Assembly (NCBI GenBank): GCA_951406725.2
Contig: OX597818.1
Location: 83,948,001-84,012,000 of the forward strand
DNA length: 64,000 nt
Origin: Octopus vulgaris
Taxonomy: Eukaryota
Direction of reading: 5' to 3'
The notes beneath the pieces are model-generated. The model saw only the letters and a program-made list of their open reading frames with translations, had not been told where the DNA came from and did not search any database. The position numbers and the translations under genes are program-made. Positions 41,300 to 56,364 of this stretch are shown here, one piece after another (within the stretch, counting starts at the first letter, position 1; every line of letters begins with the position of its first letter).

Positions 41300-42020
41300 T
41301 GTATGCGTGCATGCATGTATGTATGTATGTATGTATGTATGCATCTATGTATGTATGTATGTATTTATGTATGTATGCCTGCATGTATGTATGCATCTAT
41401 GTATGTATGTATGTATGTATTTATGTATCTATGCCTGCATGTATGTATGCATGTATGTATGTATGTATGAATGTATCGATGTATGCATGTATGCATGCAT
41501 CTATGTATGTATGTATGCATGCATGCATCAATGTATGTATGTATGTATGCATCTATGTATGAATACATTTAGGCCTGTATGTATGCATAAATTCATACAT
41601 GTAGACCAAGAAGAGCATGTATCATTCAACTTGTGGAACACACAAGACATCAGGTTAAAGATTATAGGATTTCTATGGAAGATCGAAACAGTATCTACCA
41701 TTTTCGTATCCATATATGAATGCATGTATGCATGTATGTATGTATGTGTTTATTTAAATATGTTTGTGTATATATGTGTGTATGCGAGTAGGTATCTATG
41801 TATGTATGCATGAATGCATGCATGTACGTATATATGTATATATGTATATATATATACGTATGTATATGTATATATGTATGTATATGTATATATGTATGCA
41901 TGTATGTACGTATGTATACATGTACGTATGTATGCATGTATGCACGTATGTATGTATATATGCATGAATTTATGTATGTATGTATGTATGTATGTATGTA
42001 TGTATGTAGGTAGGTATGTA
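41185..42020. repeat. Degenerate (TATG)n tract containing a ~115-bp RTE 3'-end fragment (41601-41715)
   Basis: The fragment matches 43128-43240 (gtagac.aagaagagcat...tcaacttgtggaacacac...ctatggaagatc...ccattttcgtat). Confidence 0.85.
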
Positions 42021-42894
42021 TCTATGCATGCATGTCTGCATGTGAATAATTATGTAACCAGAAAAACTGACGCGGACTGATTTAGACATTACCTGGTATA
42101 GATATTACCTAACATAGACTGGTAGATATTGCCTGAATCAGGCTCAAGAGAAATAAAGTTTATAAAACATGCAAAAACTAATGCTATCAACACTGTGAAT
42201 CTACGTGGTAGCTCTATTCACAAAATACGGTTCTGTCCTTTATGACCAACACATGATATTACAAATTAACTGGATGAGTTTTATGACGGTACGTGTCTTT
42301 ACCTATTCTTTCAGACCCATTGGCCGAACAGCTAAGTTACAAGGACGGAAACAAACCAATTCTGATTATGAAGCGGAGGGGGTATAAACATAAACAAACA
42401 CATGCAAACATAAACACATAAGCACACACATATACACACACACATACAAACACATATACGTATATATGCGATAAGATTCAACACATTTTCCGTCCCTTAA
42501 ATTTACTTGTAAGGTATTATTCGCTCGATGTCGCGCGTTATGGAAATGAAACCAAAATTATTTGGTTGCATAGCGAACTTATTAACTACACAATAACACA
42601 CGTGCATATTTCAGGAATAGAATTCTTTAATTACTTTTCATTCTTTTTTTTTTTTTTTTAAATGCCATTTTACATGCTGAAAACATTATGTGTTTCTTCA
42701 AATCAATAGTTGAATCATTATTTATCTATGGCTCTTCAGCATGTGTGTGTGCCGCCCGGGGTGGCCCTTCAGTTTACCGATCCCGACTTCTACAAAGAAT
42801 TCATATTACCTAAAGCAGAACCAAAGGTGATGCTTCCTCAATAATAGTGCCGCCCGGGGCGGACCATCCCCTCTACATCCCTCTAGCAACGCTA

Positions 42895-43245
42895 GTGATG
42901 AACAGGAGATTTGCAAAGTAGCTTGACGGTACATATGTAAGAAATACTTCGTACATTTCTAGACATTTCTTAGCAGATATATCCTACAAAGTAAAAATTG
43001 TATGGCAGTCTTCTTACTATCACCTTGATAATCATTAATAGCACATTCATGCAGGACTTTACCGAAGAAGCAAGAATAAAATAACCAGTGATCTTCCTTG
43101 GAGACCCACTCATGGATATATAAGTCGGTAGACTAAGAAGAGCATATACCAATCAACTTGTGGAACACACTAGACCTCGGGTCAAGGATTATAGTATATC
43201 TATGGAAGATCAAAACAGGATCTTCCATTTTCGTATTCATTGTCA
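42895..43245 (+). mobile_element. Decayed RTE LINE 3' fragment
   Basis: Peptides LDGTYVR, YPTK*KLYG, WRPTHG and VGRLRRAYTNQL...MEDQ. Confidence 0.7.
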
Positions 43246-43299
43246 TTACTCAAAATATTTCTTTCTCATTTAGAACTCATCATCAATTTGACCGGTAAA

Positions 43300-44740
43300 C
43301 ATTGTGGCTTTGTTGTTAAAGCGTAATATGGAAACGACCGATCTGTAATAGCGACGCAGTGAGCGTTCTGTAGACACTTTGCATATGTACCAGCCCGGGA
43401 CACGATTTTTCTTTGGATTTCTAACCATCAAACAACTGAATCACATTGAAAAGAAAATTTTCTGATAGATCTCGGATTGTTAGAACTCCAGAAAATGTGG
43501 CATCAGTGACAGCATCTGTTCAAGAATCGTCAAAGCTAAGCATAGCAATGTTTGTTCCTTCTCGAGCCACGTCTGGCTCATAGAGCCGGTTTCCCGGTTT
43601 CGTTTTGGCGTATAGGTTCCCCCACCTGGACGGGACGCCGGTCCTTCGCAAGTGAGCTGCAAGATGCAGGAGGAAAGAGTGAGAGAAAGTTGTGGCGAAA
43701 GAGTCAGCAGAAGTTCGCATTACCTTCTGCCGGAGCCGTGTGGAGCTTAGGTGTTTCGCTCATAAATATACACATCGCTCGGTATGAGATTCGAACCCAC
43801 GACCCCTCGACCGCGAGTCTGCTGCTCTAACCACTAGGCCATGTGCCTCCATGGGCTAAGCATAGCATAGCATTAGGAATATCTAGCCGAATTTTGAGGA
43901 GGATTCTGGATGCTGATTTGAAACTGCATTCTTACAAAATAATGTTAATTTAAGAATTAACCAAGACACATCATAACAATCGTAAAGCCCTATGTGCGGA
44001 TATTCTTGCACAAGTTTCCGCTACAACTGTTCTTCTGAGTACGAATGAGGCTCACTTCTATGACAATGGAAACGGCAACAAGCAAAATTTTCGCTACTAA
44101 GCTGAACATGATCCTCATTAACTCCACAAAAAAACCGCTTCATTCTCTTCGTGTAACTGTTTGCTGTGCAGTGCCGATTTTGGAGTACTGTTTTGAAGAA
44201 GGTGATGAAACAGCAACGATTACCAACATTGAAATTCTGGAGAACCTTTTGTACCCTAAACTGACAGGTTGGATACCAAACATCTATGTTTTCAACAGGA
44301 CGGAGCCACGGTTCACACAGCTCGACATTCGTTTGGAGTGATGAGGGAAATGTTTCTTGAGCATTTGACTTCTTTGAGAGGAGACGTGGGTTTGCAGGCA
44401 AGGTCACCAGATTTAAGCCCTTGTGATTTTTTTCCGTTGGAGATACCTAAAGGGAAAAGTTTTCCGACGTCACCCTCGGGCTCTTGAGGATTTGAAAGAA
44501 AGGATTCGTGAGAAAATCAACCCCTTGATATGACACGGAGAGTCATGAAAAATGTTTGGGAACGATTGCATTAATGAATTGCCAAACAATAGCCGCCATT
44601 TGCCTAATATAGTTTTTAAAACCCAGTAAAACAAATTGTTTTTTATGCATTCTTCAGAAACATAATACATTTTTTCCTGGATGGTTGTGTTCTCTTTTTA
44701 TATTTATTCACAATGTGGAAGATCTGTATATCCCACTCTG
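43300..44740 (+). mobile_element. Decayed Tc1/mariner DD41D (rosa/Visitor-like) transposon, interrupted by a SINE
   Basis: Peptides RTPENV, NEAHF...NKQNFRY, KPLHSLRVTV and FQQDGATVH...RSPDLSPCDFF, with 41 residues between the second and third D. Ends cactctg|TA. Confidence 0.85.
43548..43854 (-). mobile_element. tRNA-derived SINE (family C-related), full length, with 13-bp TSD
   Basis: Minus-strand A-box tggcctagtggtt, B-box gggttcgaatctc and ggaccggcgtcccgtccagg. TSD gctaagcatagca at 43535-43547 and 43855-43867. Confidence 0.92.
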
Positions 44741-44770
44741 TATATATACAGAGAGAGAGACACAGAGAGA

Positions 44771-44803
<33 letters not shown>

Positions 44804-45034
44804 TGTATGTATGTATGTAGGTAGGTAGGTAGGTAGGTAGGTAGGTAGGTAGGTATGCATGCATTGATAGATAGCTAAACAGACAAACAGACAGACGGGC
44901 AAGCAGGCAAATAGATAGACAAACAAATTGATATGTATGTATGTATGTATGTATGTAGGTAGGTAGGTAGGTACGTACGTATGCACGTATGTAGGTAGGT
45001 AGGTAGGCAGGTAGACAGATAGATAGATCGATAA

Positions 45035-45132
<98 letters not shown>

Positions 45133-46337
45133 GGTCATACTTGTTCAAGCTGAAGACTCCGTTTGATTGACACTTTGAGATGAGCAGAGATATAGAGCAT
45201 TTGGTTATTAATGAAAAACCAGAAAGTCATATGAGGAAATATCGGCATGAATTTGATTCTCAGCATGCCTGCAAAATACAATAATGCTGCAGAGCTTGGC
45301 GGTAAAGATTTGTTCTATGCAGAACTACTAATTTGATTTTCTTGGTCTTCAACACCTCCGCATGAAAACCTGATTGGTTACCGAACAGTTACTCAGCACT
45401 GAGAGGATTACTGGCCAGGAAATCGTTCATAGCTGAACTATCACTTAGAACTAAGCAGCGTTTCGCTGGAAAACGATGCAGTTCTGATAATTTCCTCACA
45501 GAACAACAGCAAACTTCGAAATATTTCAACACCGATATTTTATATAGTACTAAACTAGGAATACTTACATTTAAGTGCTGAATAGTTTGTCTTTCTAAAA
45601 TGTATATGCTGGAACATCTTACTTGTTAATAACTGCTCCTTTGATACTTCAAGCTCAACATTCATTTCAGTTATACTGCTAAGTTGCAGAACCTTTCGAA
45701 AGCTTTGGCCTCCGACTTACTTCCTTATAGCGTGTGAATAAACAGGTAGATTTCACTTCATATATTTGTTCGTGGGGGAATGTGGTGTTATGTATATCAT
45801 ATTTTTATTTGTGGTTATTAAAAATTTAAACAAGATAAAATAAATAGGTTTTCGTTACAAATTACAGGACTTGTTTCTGTGCAGTGATAACTGTTGTACG
45901 TTGCTGAATTTTCAGACTTATACAGTTACATAAATATTTTATAAATATAAATAATTACCCACATGAATATAATCCAGCACCAGCAGCTGTGTACAGGTAC
46001 TTTATCATGTAGGTTGATTTTAAAGCACTGTATGCAGAAAATAGGAATATAGAAAAATATGTAATGGGTATTTAAGAATATTTTCCCCATTACCTATTTA
46101 TTCTGACTTTGATCGCAGTGTTTACATAAACGTATTCGCATGCGATAGTTCGTATCTTCATGTGCTGGCTCTGAATTCTATAGAAAAAAAAATGTAGTGA
46201 TAAATATTTAAATGGTTAGATATATAAAAACACCATTATTATCTATCTAACGTCATTAGTGCCTCTACACAGTGTATAAAATATGTGAGGCGACGTTTTC
46301 TATGCATATATAAATATAAATATATATATATACTTTC

Positions 46338-46387
<50 letters not shown>

Positions 46388-47045
46388 GCTTACGTACATA
46401 CGTATATACATGCATACATATATACATTCATGCATACATACATATATACATAGATATATGCAAGCATGCATACATACATTCATGCATACATGCATGCGTA
46501 CATACATACATACTTACATACATATATACAAGCACACATACATACATACATGCATACATGCATACATACATACATACATGCATACATACATTCAATCACT
46601 CATCGAAATCACGTGATCGAGATGGCGGGATTTCATCTCCTCGCTAGCGATATAAACAAGGGTGCATTTTGCATCAAAGTCACTATGGCTGCTTTTCTGA
46701 CGCTGACTGCTGTAGTATTGTTTATTCTAACAAAGCATCCACGTTTAAATGGGGTTAAATGTCTCCACATCGTATTCATACTACTTCTGACGCTAGTATA
46801 TATTTTTATCAAGCAAAATGGCAAATCGCAAAGACAGCACCTGTTCTGGCGCTGCTATTCAATACATTGCAGGCGTAGAGATGAGTCGCTTCTATCTCTA
46901 GCCAAGTTCAAAATCACGTGACCTGGTGGTCTTGGCTCTGAAGATGGCAGGGATATATCTCCCCGCAAGCTATATAAACAACTGCATTTTGCATCAAAAG
47001 CCAATATAAGAGTGTCTCTCATGGTATCTACTATAGTATAGTATA

Positions 47046-47278
47046 AGGCGTCGAGATGGCAGAATCGTTAGCGCGCTAGACGAAATGAATTAGCGGTAGT
47101 TCGTCTGCCGCTACGTTCTGAGTTCAAATTCCGCCGAGGTCGACTTTGACTTTCATCCTTTCGGGGTCGATAAATTAAGTACCAGTTACGCACCGGGGTC
47201 GATGTAATCGACTTAATCCCTTTGACTGTTCTTGTTTGTCCTCTCTGTGTTTAGCCCCTTGTGAGTAGTAAAGAAATA
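47046..47278 (+). mobile_element. SINE family A, full length, with 18-20-bp TSD
   Basis: TSD ggtatctactatagtatagt at 47023-47042 and 47279-47298. Confidence 0.92.
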
Positions 47279-48331
47279 GGTATCTACTATAGTATAGTTT
47301 GTCTTAACAGAATATTCACGTGTAAGTGGTGATAAATACATACAGAAATACATACAGAAATACATACATACGTATACACTTACATATGTATGTGTGTATA
47401 GAAAAAAGTGACGATGATTGTAATATTTGAACTGGTAGATAGCACTCAAAACCAGATTCAAGTACAAATAGAGTTGTTTGAAATGTGCAAAGAAAGAATA
47501 ACGCTATTAACACTATGGATCTATGAGGTAACTCTATTAACTAGGTGCATCTATCTATTAACCACGAATCAAACGAATTACTGATTTGCAGTTCACATCG
47601 ATACGTTTGTAAACTATACTAATATGCATCTCTATCTAAAAATTAGAAGCTCTCTTCTACAAATTTTTCCACAACTATTCAATTTTATTCTCTAATTCTA
47701 TCTTGGTTTTACTCATATACCATGTGCATAAAGTTATTTAATATGGGCGGTTTATTACTTTTTTTTTTTTCATTTCTATCTATTATTATTTTATTTTTTT
47801 CCTATTCCCATTTCTTTATTGAGGAACGGGGTTGTAAGTTAACAGAAACGCTACAGCATTAGAACGAATGTATTGCAGTATACGGTTTCGTCATTCGAGA
47901 TTCTGTGTCCTGACCCCGACTCGAAGTTGTTCTTTCATCTTCCTAGGATCGATAACTGAAAAAAATAAAAAATAAAAAAATATGAGTTAGCAGCAATATA
48001 GAGTAGTCTATTCAATCGGCAGAACCACCTATCTTGTTAAAGTGGGCCTTCAGCCAAGTCAAACCAAGCGAGGCCAAAATCTATATATTATTGTTCACCA
48101 TGTAAATATATTTTATCTCCTCATTTTGTATTTTAGGATAATAGTGTAAACAACACCATATAATATATATGATGTATGTGTCTATATATATGCACATGCA
48201 TGTATGTGTTTATATATACATATATATGCATATAGGTATACAAATATATATGTGTGTATATATATACACACGCATATATATATATACATATACACATATA
48301 TATATATACATATATATATATGCACATATGT

Positions 48332-48380
<49 letters not shown>

Positions 48381-48730
48381 TAAGTATAGATACATATGTG
48401 CGCAAATATACATTTTTATATATATATATTTGCGTACAAACACAAACCTATGTTGATATTTGATTTTTCCAACTAAAAAGAGAGTATGGACTCAATACAT
48501 GATATAGAGCAAAGTCAGCATTTCATCTAGATTGAGACTTCTTGTGAAGTGAGAGACGGAATATATATATCTATCAATCTTTGTACCTAACTACGTATAT
48601 GTGTATGTGTACATATATGCATGCATATATGCATAGGTAGGTAGATAGATAGATAGATTAGAGAGATAGATAGATAGATAAATAGATAGGTAGATAGATA
48701 GCTAAATAGATAGATAGATAGATAGATTAA

Positions 48731-48812
<82 letters not shown>

Positions 48813-49146
48813 GGATAGATAGATAGATAGATAGATAGATAGACAGACATATGGATAGATAGACACATAGATAGAGAGACAGCTAGTCCGACAAACAGAG
48901 ACATAAATATTGATACATATAGTTGCAAGAAATTTATCCAAATTTACATTCTAGTTTAAAAGTTAAAAAGAGTGGTAATCAACAACTGAACAAAGAATAC
49001 ATGCTTTCAAACAAACAATGGGTGAGTGGTTATAACCATATCCTAGAAGGTCTGCTAAAATATTACACACCACAAACAATTTTTCACATTTGCTAAAATA
49101 CTCACGAACAACGAAAGGCATTTATATGTGCCTTTGAGCAAGGAAG

Positions 49147-49187
<41 letters not shown>

Positions 49188-49225
49188 GTAGATATAGATA
49201 TAGCTAGCTAGCTAGTTTGATAGAC

Positions 49226-49314
<89 letters not shown>

Positions 49315-49381
49315 TTGCTTATCTATGATGCATATTTTAGTAGAAACATGTTTCTGTATACGTGTATGAGTATGTGTGTGT

Positions 49382-49440
<59 letters not shown>

Positions 49441-49664
49441 ATATTAGTATATGTGCGTATACGTATCTAAAAGCATACAGTCAGTTTACTAATGATAGTT
49501 TTATATCTCTGTTTCTATATAGTTGCCTCGAAATCAACCCACACAATTTCTAACCTTCTTCATCTCCTCCTTACTTCTTCCTCATGCTCTCTGCCTCTCT
49601 GTATATTTCAATCTGTCTCTGTTTCTGCCTCTGTCTCTCTCCCTCTCTCACTCTCGGTATACGC

Positions 49665-49736
<72 letters not shown>

Positions 49737-49807
49737 TTATTTATTTATTTATATAGATACATGTATAATAATATACATATATATACACATATGTATAATC
49801 ATATATT

Positions 49808-49838
<31 letters not shown>

Positions 49839-50060
49839 ATATATATATATGTATGTATGTCTGGATGTGTGTGTGTATATCAACAGAAATTATGCATACT
49901 TATGTCGTTCTATATGTATTATATATTTATATGTTCTTTTTCCTTCCTTTTTCATCCTGATATATAAACACACACACATTCATATACATATTATATGATT
50001 CTGTTTGTGTAAATGTATATACACATTTATGTATAACAGTGTTCACACAGATACACAGAT

Positions 50061-50114
<54 letters not shown>

Positions 50115-50719
50115 ATGCATACAACAACAACAACTACAAACACCAACACAAACATGTGCATATAACATAAACTTATTACTCAGTCCACTTCTGAAAAGAA
50201 CATTTCGTTGCATCAGTAGCCATGAAAGAAAATTTAGAACTATTTACCATTTCGCTAAAAGCATCAAAGGACATCAGTCAACGATAGAATGGCGAGAGTA
50301 AAGAAAAACAAGAACAACAACAAGGTCAACAACAACAAATGCAACCATAAGCAATCATACAAATAAACATATAAACTGTAAACTACATAAAACAATAACA
50401 GAAACTAACAACATTCTCTAATACCTAACAACAGAGCAAGCAGAGAAATGGTGTGCTAATACTGGAGTATATTAGGTTTCGACATCTTTTTTTAAAATTA
50501 TTTCTGTTTGTTATTACTCTTATTATTATTATTATCATTATTATCATTATTAAAGTTCTTGTGGTTGTTGATGATGATGAATATGAGAAGGAAGAGGATG
50601 TTTTGTGTGTGTGCTATGCGCACGCGCTAAATGCTTATTTCTTTGGCTAAAAGTTATTATTTTTTTCTTTCTTTGTTTCCCTGTATTGTTTTGCTTTTTG
50701 TTGTTTTGTTTTTGTGTAT

Positions 50720-50759
<40 letters not shown>

Positions 50760-51000
50760 GTTAGTGATTTTTTTGTTTACTCTTCCTACTTTGTTCGTTG
50801 CACCCCACCCACTACACGTCAGTCTCAATGATCTTTGTAATTACTTTCGGTAAGAACAATAAAATAAAAAAATCTATGAGATATCACTCATGTATGATAT
50901 ATATATATATATAGATAGATAGATAGATAGATAGATGCATAAATTGATAGATAGATAGGTAGATAGATAAATAGATAGATATATAGATAGATAGATAGAG

Positions 51001-51067
<67 letters not shown>

Positions 51068-51156
51068 TTGACAAAAGTAGACACATATACACATATATAT
51101 TTCTAGAAATGTAAATATACACAAATATATATACATAAAAAAGTAAATATACACAC

Positions 51157-51192
<36 letters not shown>

Positions 51193-51229
51193 GTGTGTGT
51201 ATGTATATATGTATATACATGTATATATT

Positions 51230-51266
<37 letters not shown>

Positions 51267-51305
51267 GTATATATATATATACACATATATATGTTATATA
51301 CATGC

Positions 51306-51339
<34 letters not shown>

Positions 51340-51400
51340 ATGTATATATGTATATACATGTATATATTCACATACATATATATATATATATATACATATG

Positions 51401-51432
<32 letters not shown>

Positions 51433-51599
51433 TATGTTATATACATGCATATATATATATATATATGTATATATATGTTCTGAATTTAAATTCTACCGCA
51501 GTTGACCTTGCTTCTCATCCTTTCGGTGTTGATAAAATAAACACCAGTTGAATACTGCAGTTGATGTGATTGACCTCCTCCTCCCCCATAATTTCGGGC

Positions 51600-52100
51600 C
51601 CAATATACCCATCATGACTACCCGTCTAATAAGGGTACACTAGGCACATGCATCACAACCATATCTGAACGACATGGTGATCTCATATCAAGATAAATAG
51701 CACATGACCTTCCATGTGGCTCCCAGTTAGAATTTTCTTCTTGTCGAGTAACTCATCCCGCTCAAAAGATCCCTGAATAAGGGTTATTTAAGGATGTTGA
51801 ACGAAACACCCATGTTTCCAGAGGGGAAATATTCAAATCCCAAAGAATTCCTATCAACACATGGTTATGATGCTCCCCCACTACTTCTGCTCGTGATCAG
51901 AGATGCACATATCGTCAGCCACTAAGGGACATGCTTAACTGGTTAAGGTCAAACAACTGCAAGCAAATCTGTGGTATTGAGCAGAATATTTGCTGTAGCC
52001 CATCATTTATACCAAGACAAAACAATGTACATGATAACACTTCCAATCAGTTAGGATCAGAAGCCACGAGGGCCACTGCCTGGTACTGCATCGGGGCATT
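51600..52100 (-). mobile_element. Unclassified ~550-bp (AAT)n-associated interspersed repeat
   Basis: Reverse complement of 63369-63920. It abuts (ATT)n at 52101-52161. Confidence 0.85.
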
Positions 52101-52126
52101 TATTATTATGATTATTCTTATTCTTA

Positions 52127-52215
<89 letters not shown>

Positions 52216-55200
52216 TCGAGCAGGCAGAATGACTAGCAACCTGGACCAGATCTTTAGTGTCATGTCTTCCGACTTTACGGTCCGAGTTCAAAATCCACCG
52301 AGGTGACTTTACCTTTCTTCTTTTCTGGATCGATAAAATAAGTACCATTGAAGTACTGGTGTCAATGTAATCAATTTACCTCCCCACCCCTACAAAATAT
52401 CAAGCCTTGCATATATAGTAGAAAGAATTACCACCCACCTTACGCTACTAGAACCACACCGGTGTCCATGTGATGTAGTGTTTCTGAGCCGGGATCCATA
52501 TGATCGCTGGAGTCCGCATGATCCCTGGATGTCCATCTAAGATTTTGTTGACTCCACTCTAGCAATGTAGTAAATTGGGAATACACAGTACTATTTTAAA
52601 TGTCTGTTACATATTGTAAGAAACAGCCAGGTTTCTTTCTCTGACATTTTACATATTTCAACTTATATAAGTAAATGAGTGAAAACCAAAAGAGAAATTT
52701 TGCAAAAAATATCTATAAAAATATCTTTTAAACATCGAATGGTTATGGGTATCCACCAGGATAAAACGGTAATTGAAGGGGTTTATGATAAAAATATTAG
52801 TTGAGACTCGCCAGTGGAAAGTATAGGAAGATTTTTTGCCGCACAACGTTGGAAGATCAATTAGATATTTTTCTTGGCATAGTTCATGTAATAGCATTCC
52901 TCAAACGATATAGTCTTCACTATATTTGACACTGGGAAGACAGAAATCACTTAAAAGAAGTGCATTGATGTTTTGGTCTAATTTGGTTAACACCACTTTT
53001 AACACTTTCTCTTTCGCTCTTCAAAGTCTATCTCCACATGTTTTGAAGCAACTTTCGAGTGATATATTCTAAATATAACTACTTACTTTATATGTTTTAT
53101 TAGCATTTCAGAAGTGTTTTATATAAAATTGTAACCTGATTCGTATAGGAGAAATTATGATTGATGCAAGTTTAAATCATTAGTTCCCTACGTACGTTTC
53201 ACCGTTGTGATTTTGGAACACCTGCACGGACGTGTGGACAGATATGTGTAAGCATATGTATGTAGATGCGCTCGCGCGTCTGTGCGCATAAATATGCATC
53301 CATATATATGGTCCTGTGTCAATACAAGTATGCTGGTGTGTTAATGAAATATCCTGAAATATCTCTACTTAAAATTTTCAGTTTCATTATAGCTATGTAA
53401 TCAGCGAAAGTGGTGTTCCTTTATTAATATATTAAATGTGTTAAAACATAGCTATTCGCTCTACAGTTATCGTTAACTCGTCTTGTTAAAAAAGGGAAAA
53501 TGCCGAAATTGAAACATATTGTTTAAGTCCGCATGTAAAATCTGAGCTTACATTTTAAAGTTTATCGTCTTCAAAATGAGCTTGTAAAAGAGCGTGACAG
53601 GTTTATGATTAAACGAAAAGTTTTTATCTAAGGCTCATCAGTCGTATAAGAATTAAAATTTAGTTTTCAACAGTCACTGAGATTACATTGGTATACTGCA
53701 TTTCTGATATATACAGAAAGTTTATTTAAAATAGTTTATGAACGAAGATTTAGTTTCATTCTTCGACTAGTCTATTATATTTACTTAAGGAAATTTGTAT
53801 TTGGAGTCTCATATTTTAGGCGAGTGTTATTCTTACTCATTTTCTCTACTTATGGATGACTGTCAAGTGATACCATCTCTACATAAACTTATTCTTCCTG
53901 ACACCTATGTAACTTAATTTCTTGCTACTGTTTCCGAAGAAGTTTCCTCCATACAAGGCATTTTTCTCAAAACATTTGCTATTGAGTCAGCACGGAGATT
54001 TTGTAGTTACTTTTAGAGATGATATTTTTTATAGTTGGCGTTTTTCTTTTGTATGCAATATTTCTCCTAATTGTGTTTGATAAATGATAAAGATGGCAGC
54101 AGCTCCTCATAACATTATTATCATTTTTTAATGGAAAATCTTGTGCATTTTATGATTATCAGAAAATGACTACTTCAATAATTTCCTGATAATTTTAAAA
54201 TGCACAAGATTAAGAAAAAACGGGCAGTATTATGGAAAAACGGAAAGTTTAGGAAAACCGGACAACTTAGGAAAAACGGACAGTATTATAGCTAACTTTC
54301 AAAATTTAAGGTGGTTTGTACCAAATTATCATTCTATACAGAGTATCATTGGTATTAGTAGAAGTGCTACTTTCTAGAACTATGTATTGTATTTTCATTA
54401 CAAAATCACTTTTACTTAAAACCTCATTGTTATATTACATAACTCGATTAAATGACATTTATTCAACGATAACAAGTTATACAGTAATACATGAGGAAAG
54501 ATGCTACAGAATTATTTCTCAGAAATTAAGTTTAGTAGCATGTCCACTTAACGTAATTCTGAGATTAAAACTATTCAGACCATTAATTAGGTCCTTTCTA
54601 AGTCTTTGTAACTGGCGACAGTCTATATCATGGATTAAATTTAATCCGTCATCAATTTAAAGGCCGAGTTCCATTAACTCAAATTTAGCCTAGAGTTTTC
54701 CAAAGTAAACAACCCAATTAGATTATAAATTTCAAATCAAATATCTGATAGAATATCGAGCCATTCTGTATCATTCCATTTGATTGAGATCGATTGCACA
54801 ATTGAAACACTAATATGCATAAAGGTTCTCTTTTAAACCAGATAAACCAGATAGACATAATGTAAGACGGCTGTCTTATATTATATCTGCTAAAATATAC
54901 TGAACATTTCATATAGAAGAAACGCTGCTATGATTCCGTTAACTTTTACCTTTTACTTATTTCAGTCACTGGACTTCGGTCATCCTAGGGTTCACATTAA
55001 TGTGCTTTTATTGTCTGGTACTTATACAATCGATCTCTTTTGTCGGACTTGTAAGTTACGAGGATGTAAACTGACCAACACCGGCTGTCATGTGGTGCTA
55101 TGACTCATAGCACATATACAAATATACAGCGGACTTCCACACAGGTTCCGTCTGCAGAATTCACCACAAGGCATTGGTCGGTCTGGGCTTGTAGTACAAG

Positions 55201-55384
55201 ACACTTGCCTATGGTACTGCGCAGTTGGACTGAATCTACAACCACGTGCTTGCATCCTTAACTATGTATATCCGACATTGTTTACACAGAATAATTTACA
55301 GAGCAGGGACTTATTACTGTATCCGATTTCAGTCATATTAAACTCTCTTCTCCTATACAAATTATTGCTATTTTTAATGTAAAG

Positions 55385-55685
55385 GTACGTGACTTAATGG
55401 CTAGGGTATTCGCCTCAGAGTTTTAAGGTCATGATTTCTATTTCCGGCGACGCGTTGTGTCCTTGAGCAAGACACTTAATTTCACGTTGCTCCAGTCCGC
55501 TTAATTGGCGAAGATGAGATGCACCCATAATTCAAAGGCCCAGCCATGCTGCATTTTACATCATGCTGAATTTTCCTGAGAACTACGTAGAGAGTACGCG
55601 TGTCTGTGGAGTGCTCAGATCCTTGCAAATTAATCTCACGAACAGGTTATTCCGTTGATCAGATCAACTGGACCCCTCGTCTTAA
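55385..55685 (+). mobile_element. tRNA-derived SINE (family C subtype; related copies at 57400-57700 and 4230-4495)
   Basis: Shared ttccggcga.gcg..gtccttg.gcaagacactt...cctgagaact...gatcaact.g.accctcgtc. Confidence 0.75.
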
Positions 55686-55964
55686 TCAACTATTCTTATA
55701 ATAACTTCATCATGTCTTATTAAAAATAACCAATTTACATATTTTTCATATTTTCTAACTTTTATTATTTCGGTGTGCTGTCATAGTTTTCACGTCATCT
55801 ACTATTTTGGAATCCAAGCAAACCTGTTACAAATATATTTATATATAGATATGAATGAAGCTAAATGTTTATGCGAATATATGTTTTTATTTCTATATAT
55901 ACATTTGTATATCGTTGCGCACTCTTATTTTTATGTGAATTTCTAGTAGAGGTGGTGGTGTTGC

Positions 55965-56161
55965 CGTGCTACGCAACCACAGGGCTCCGAGTTAACTTCC
56001 ACTGCGTTGCACCATGAGCAAGCGTCTTCTAATATGAACTCGGGCCAACCAAAGCCTTTCGAGTGGATTTGATACAGGAAAACTGAAAGAATCTTGTGTA
56101 CATACATATATAAGTGTGTGTGAGTGTGTGCGTGTAGTGAGAGAGAGGGAGTATATGTGTG

Positions 56162-56201
<40 letters not shown>

Positions 56202-56364
56202 ACGAAGACTAGTGGTGCACAAAACAAACAGATGTATTAGTATAACGCTCAGGAATAGAAAAAGTCTTTTACGTTTCGAGCCTACGCTCTTCTACAGAAA
56301 GAGACACAAAAAAACAAGGCGAGATAAAAATGTGTGTAATGGCTAACGATCTATCATGGCGACT

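Noticed and set aside
43780-43854. tRNA gene
   Set aside because: The tRNA-like head continues into a SINE body flanked by TSDs.
45140-45540. Possible RT fragment on the minus strand (NQSGF...CIEQIFT)
   Set aside because: Too decayed to call confidently by eye.
52444-52560. Minus-strand exon candidate (tag|AGTGG...AGC|gtaagg)
   Set aside because: No recognisable peptide, a weak pyrimidine tract and direct adjacency to a SINE tail; unsupported without RNA data.
54213-54290. CRISPR-like array
   Set aside because: Eukaryotic context, repeats too short, no unique spacers and no cas genes.
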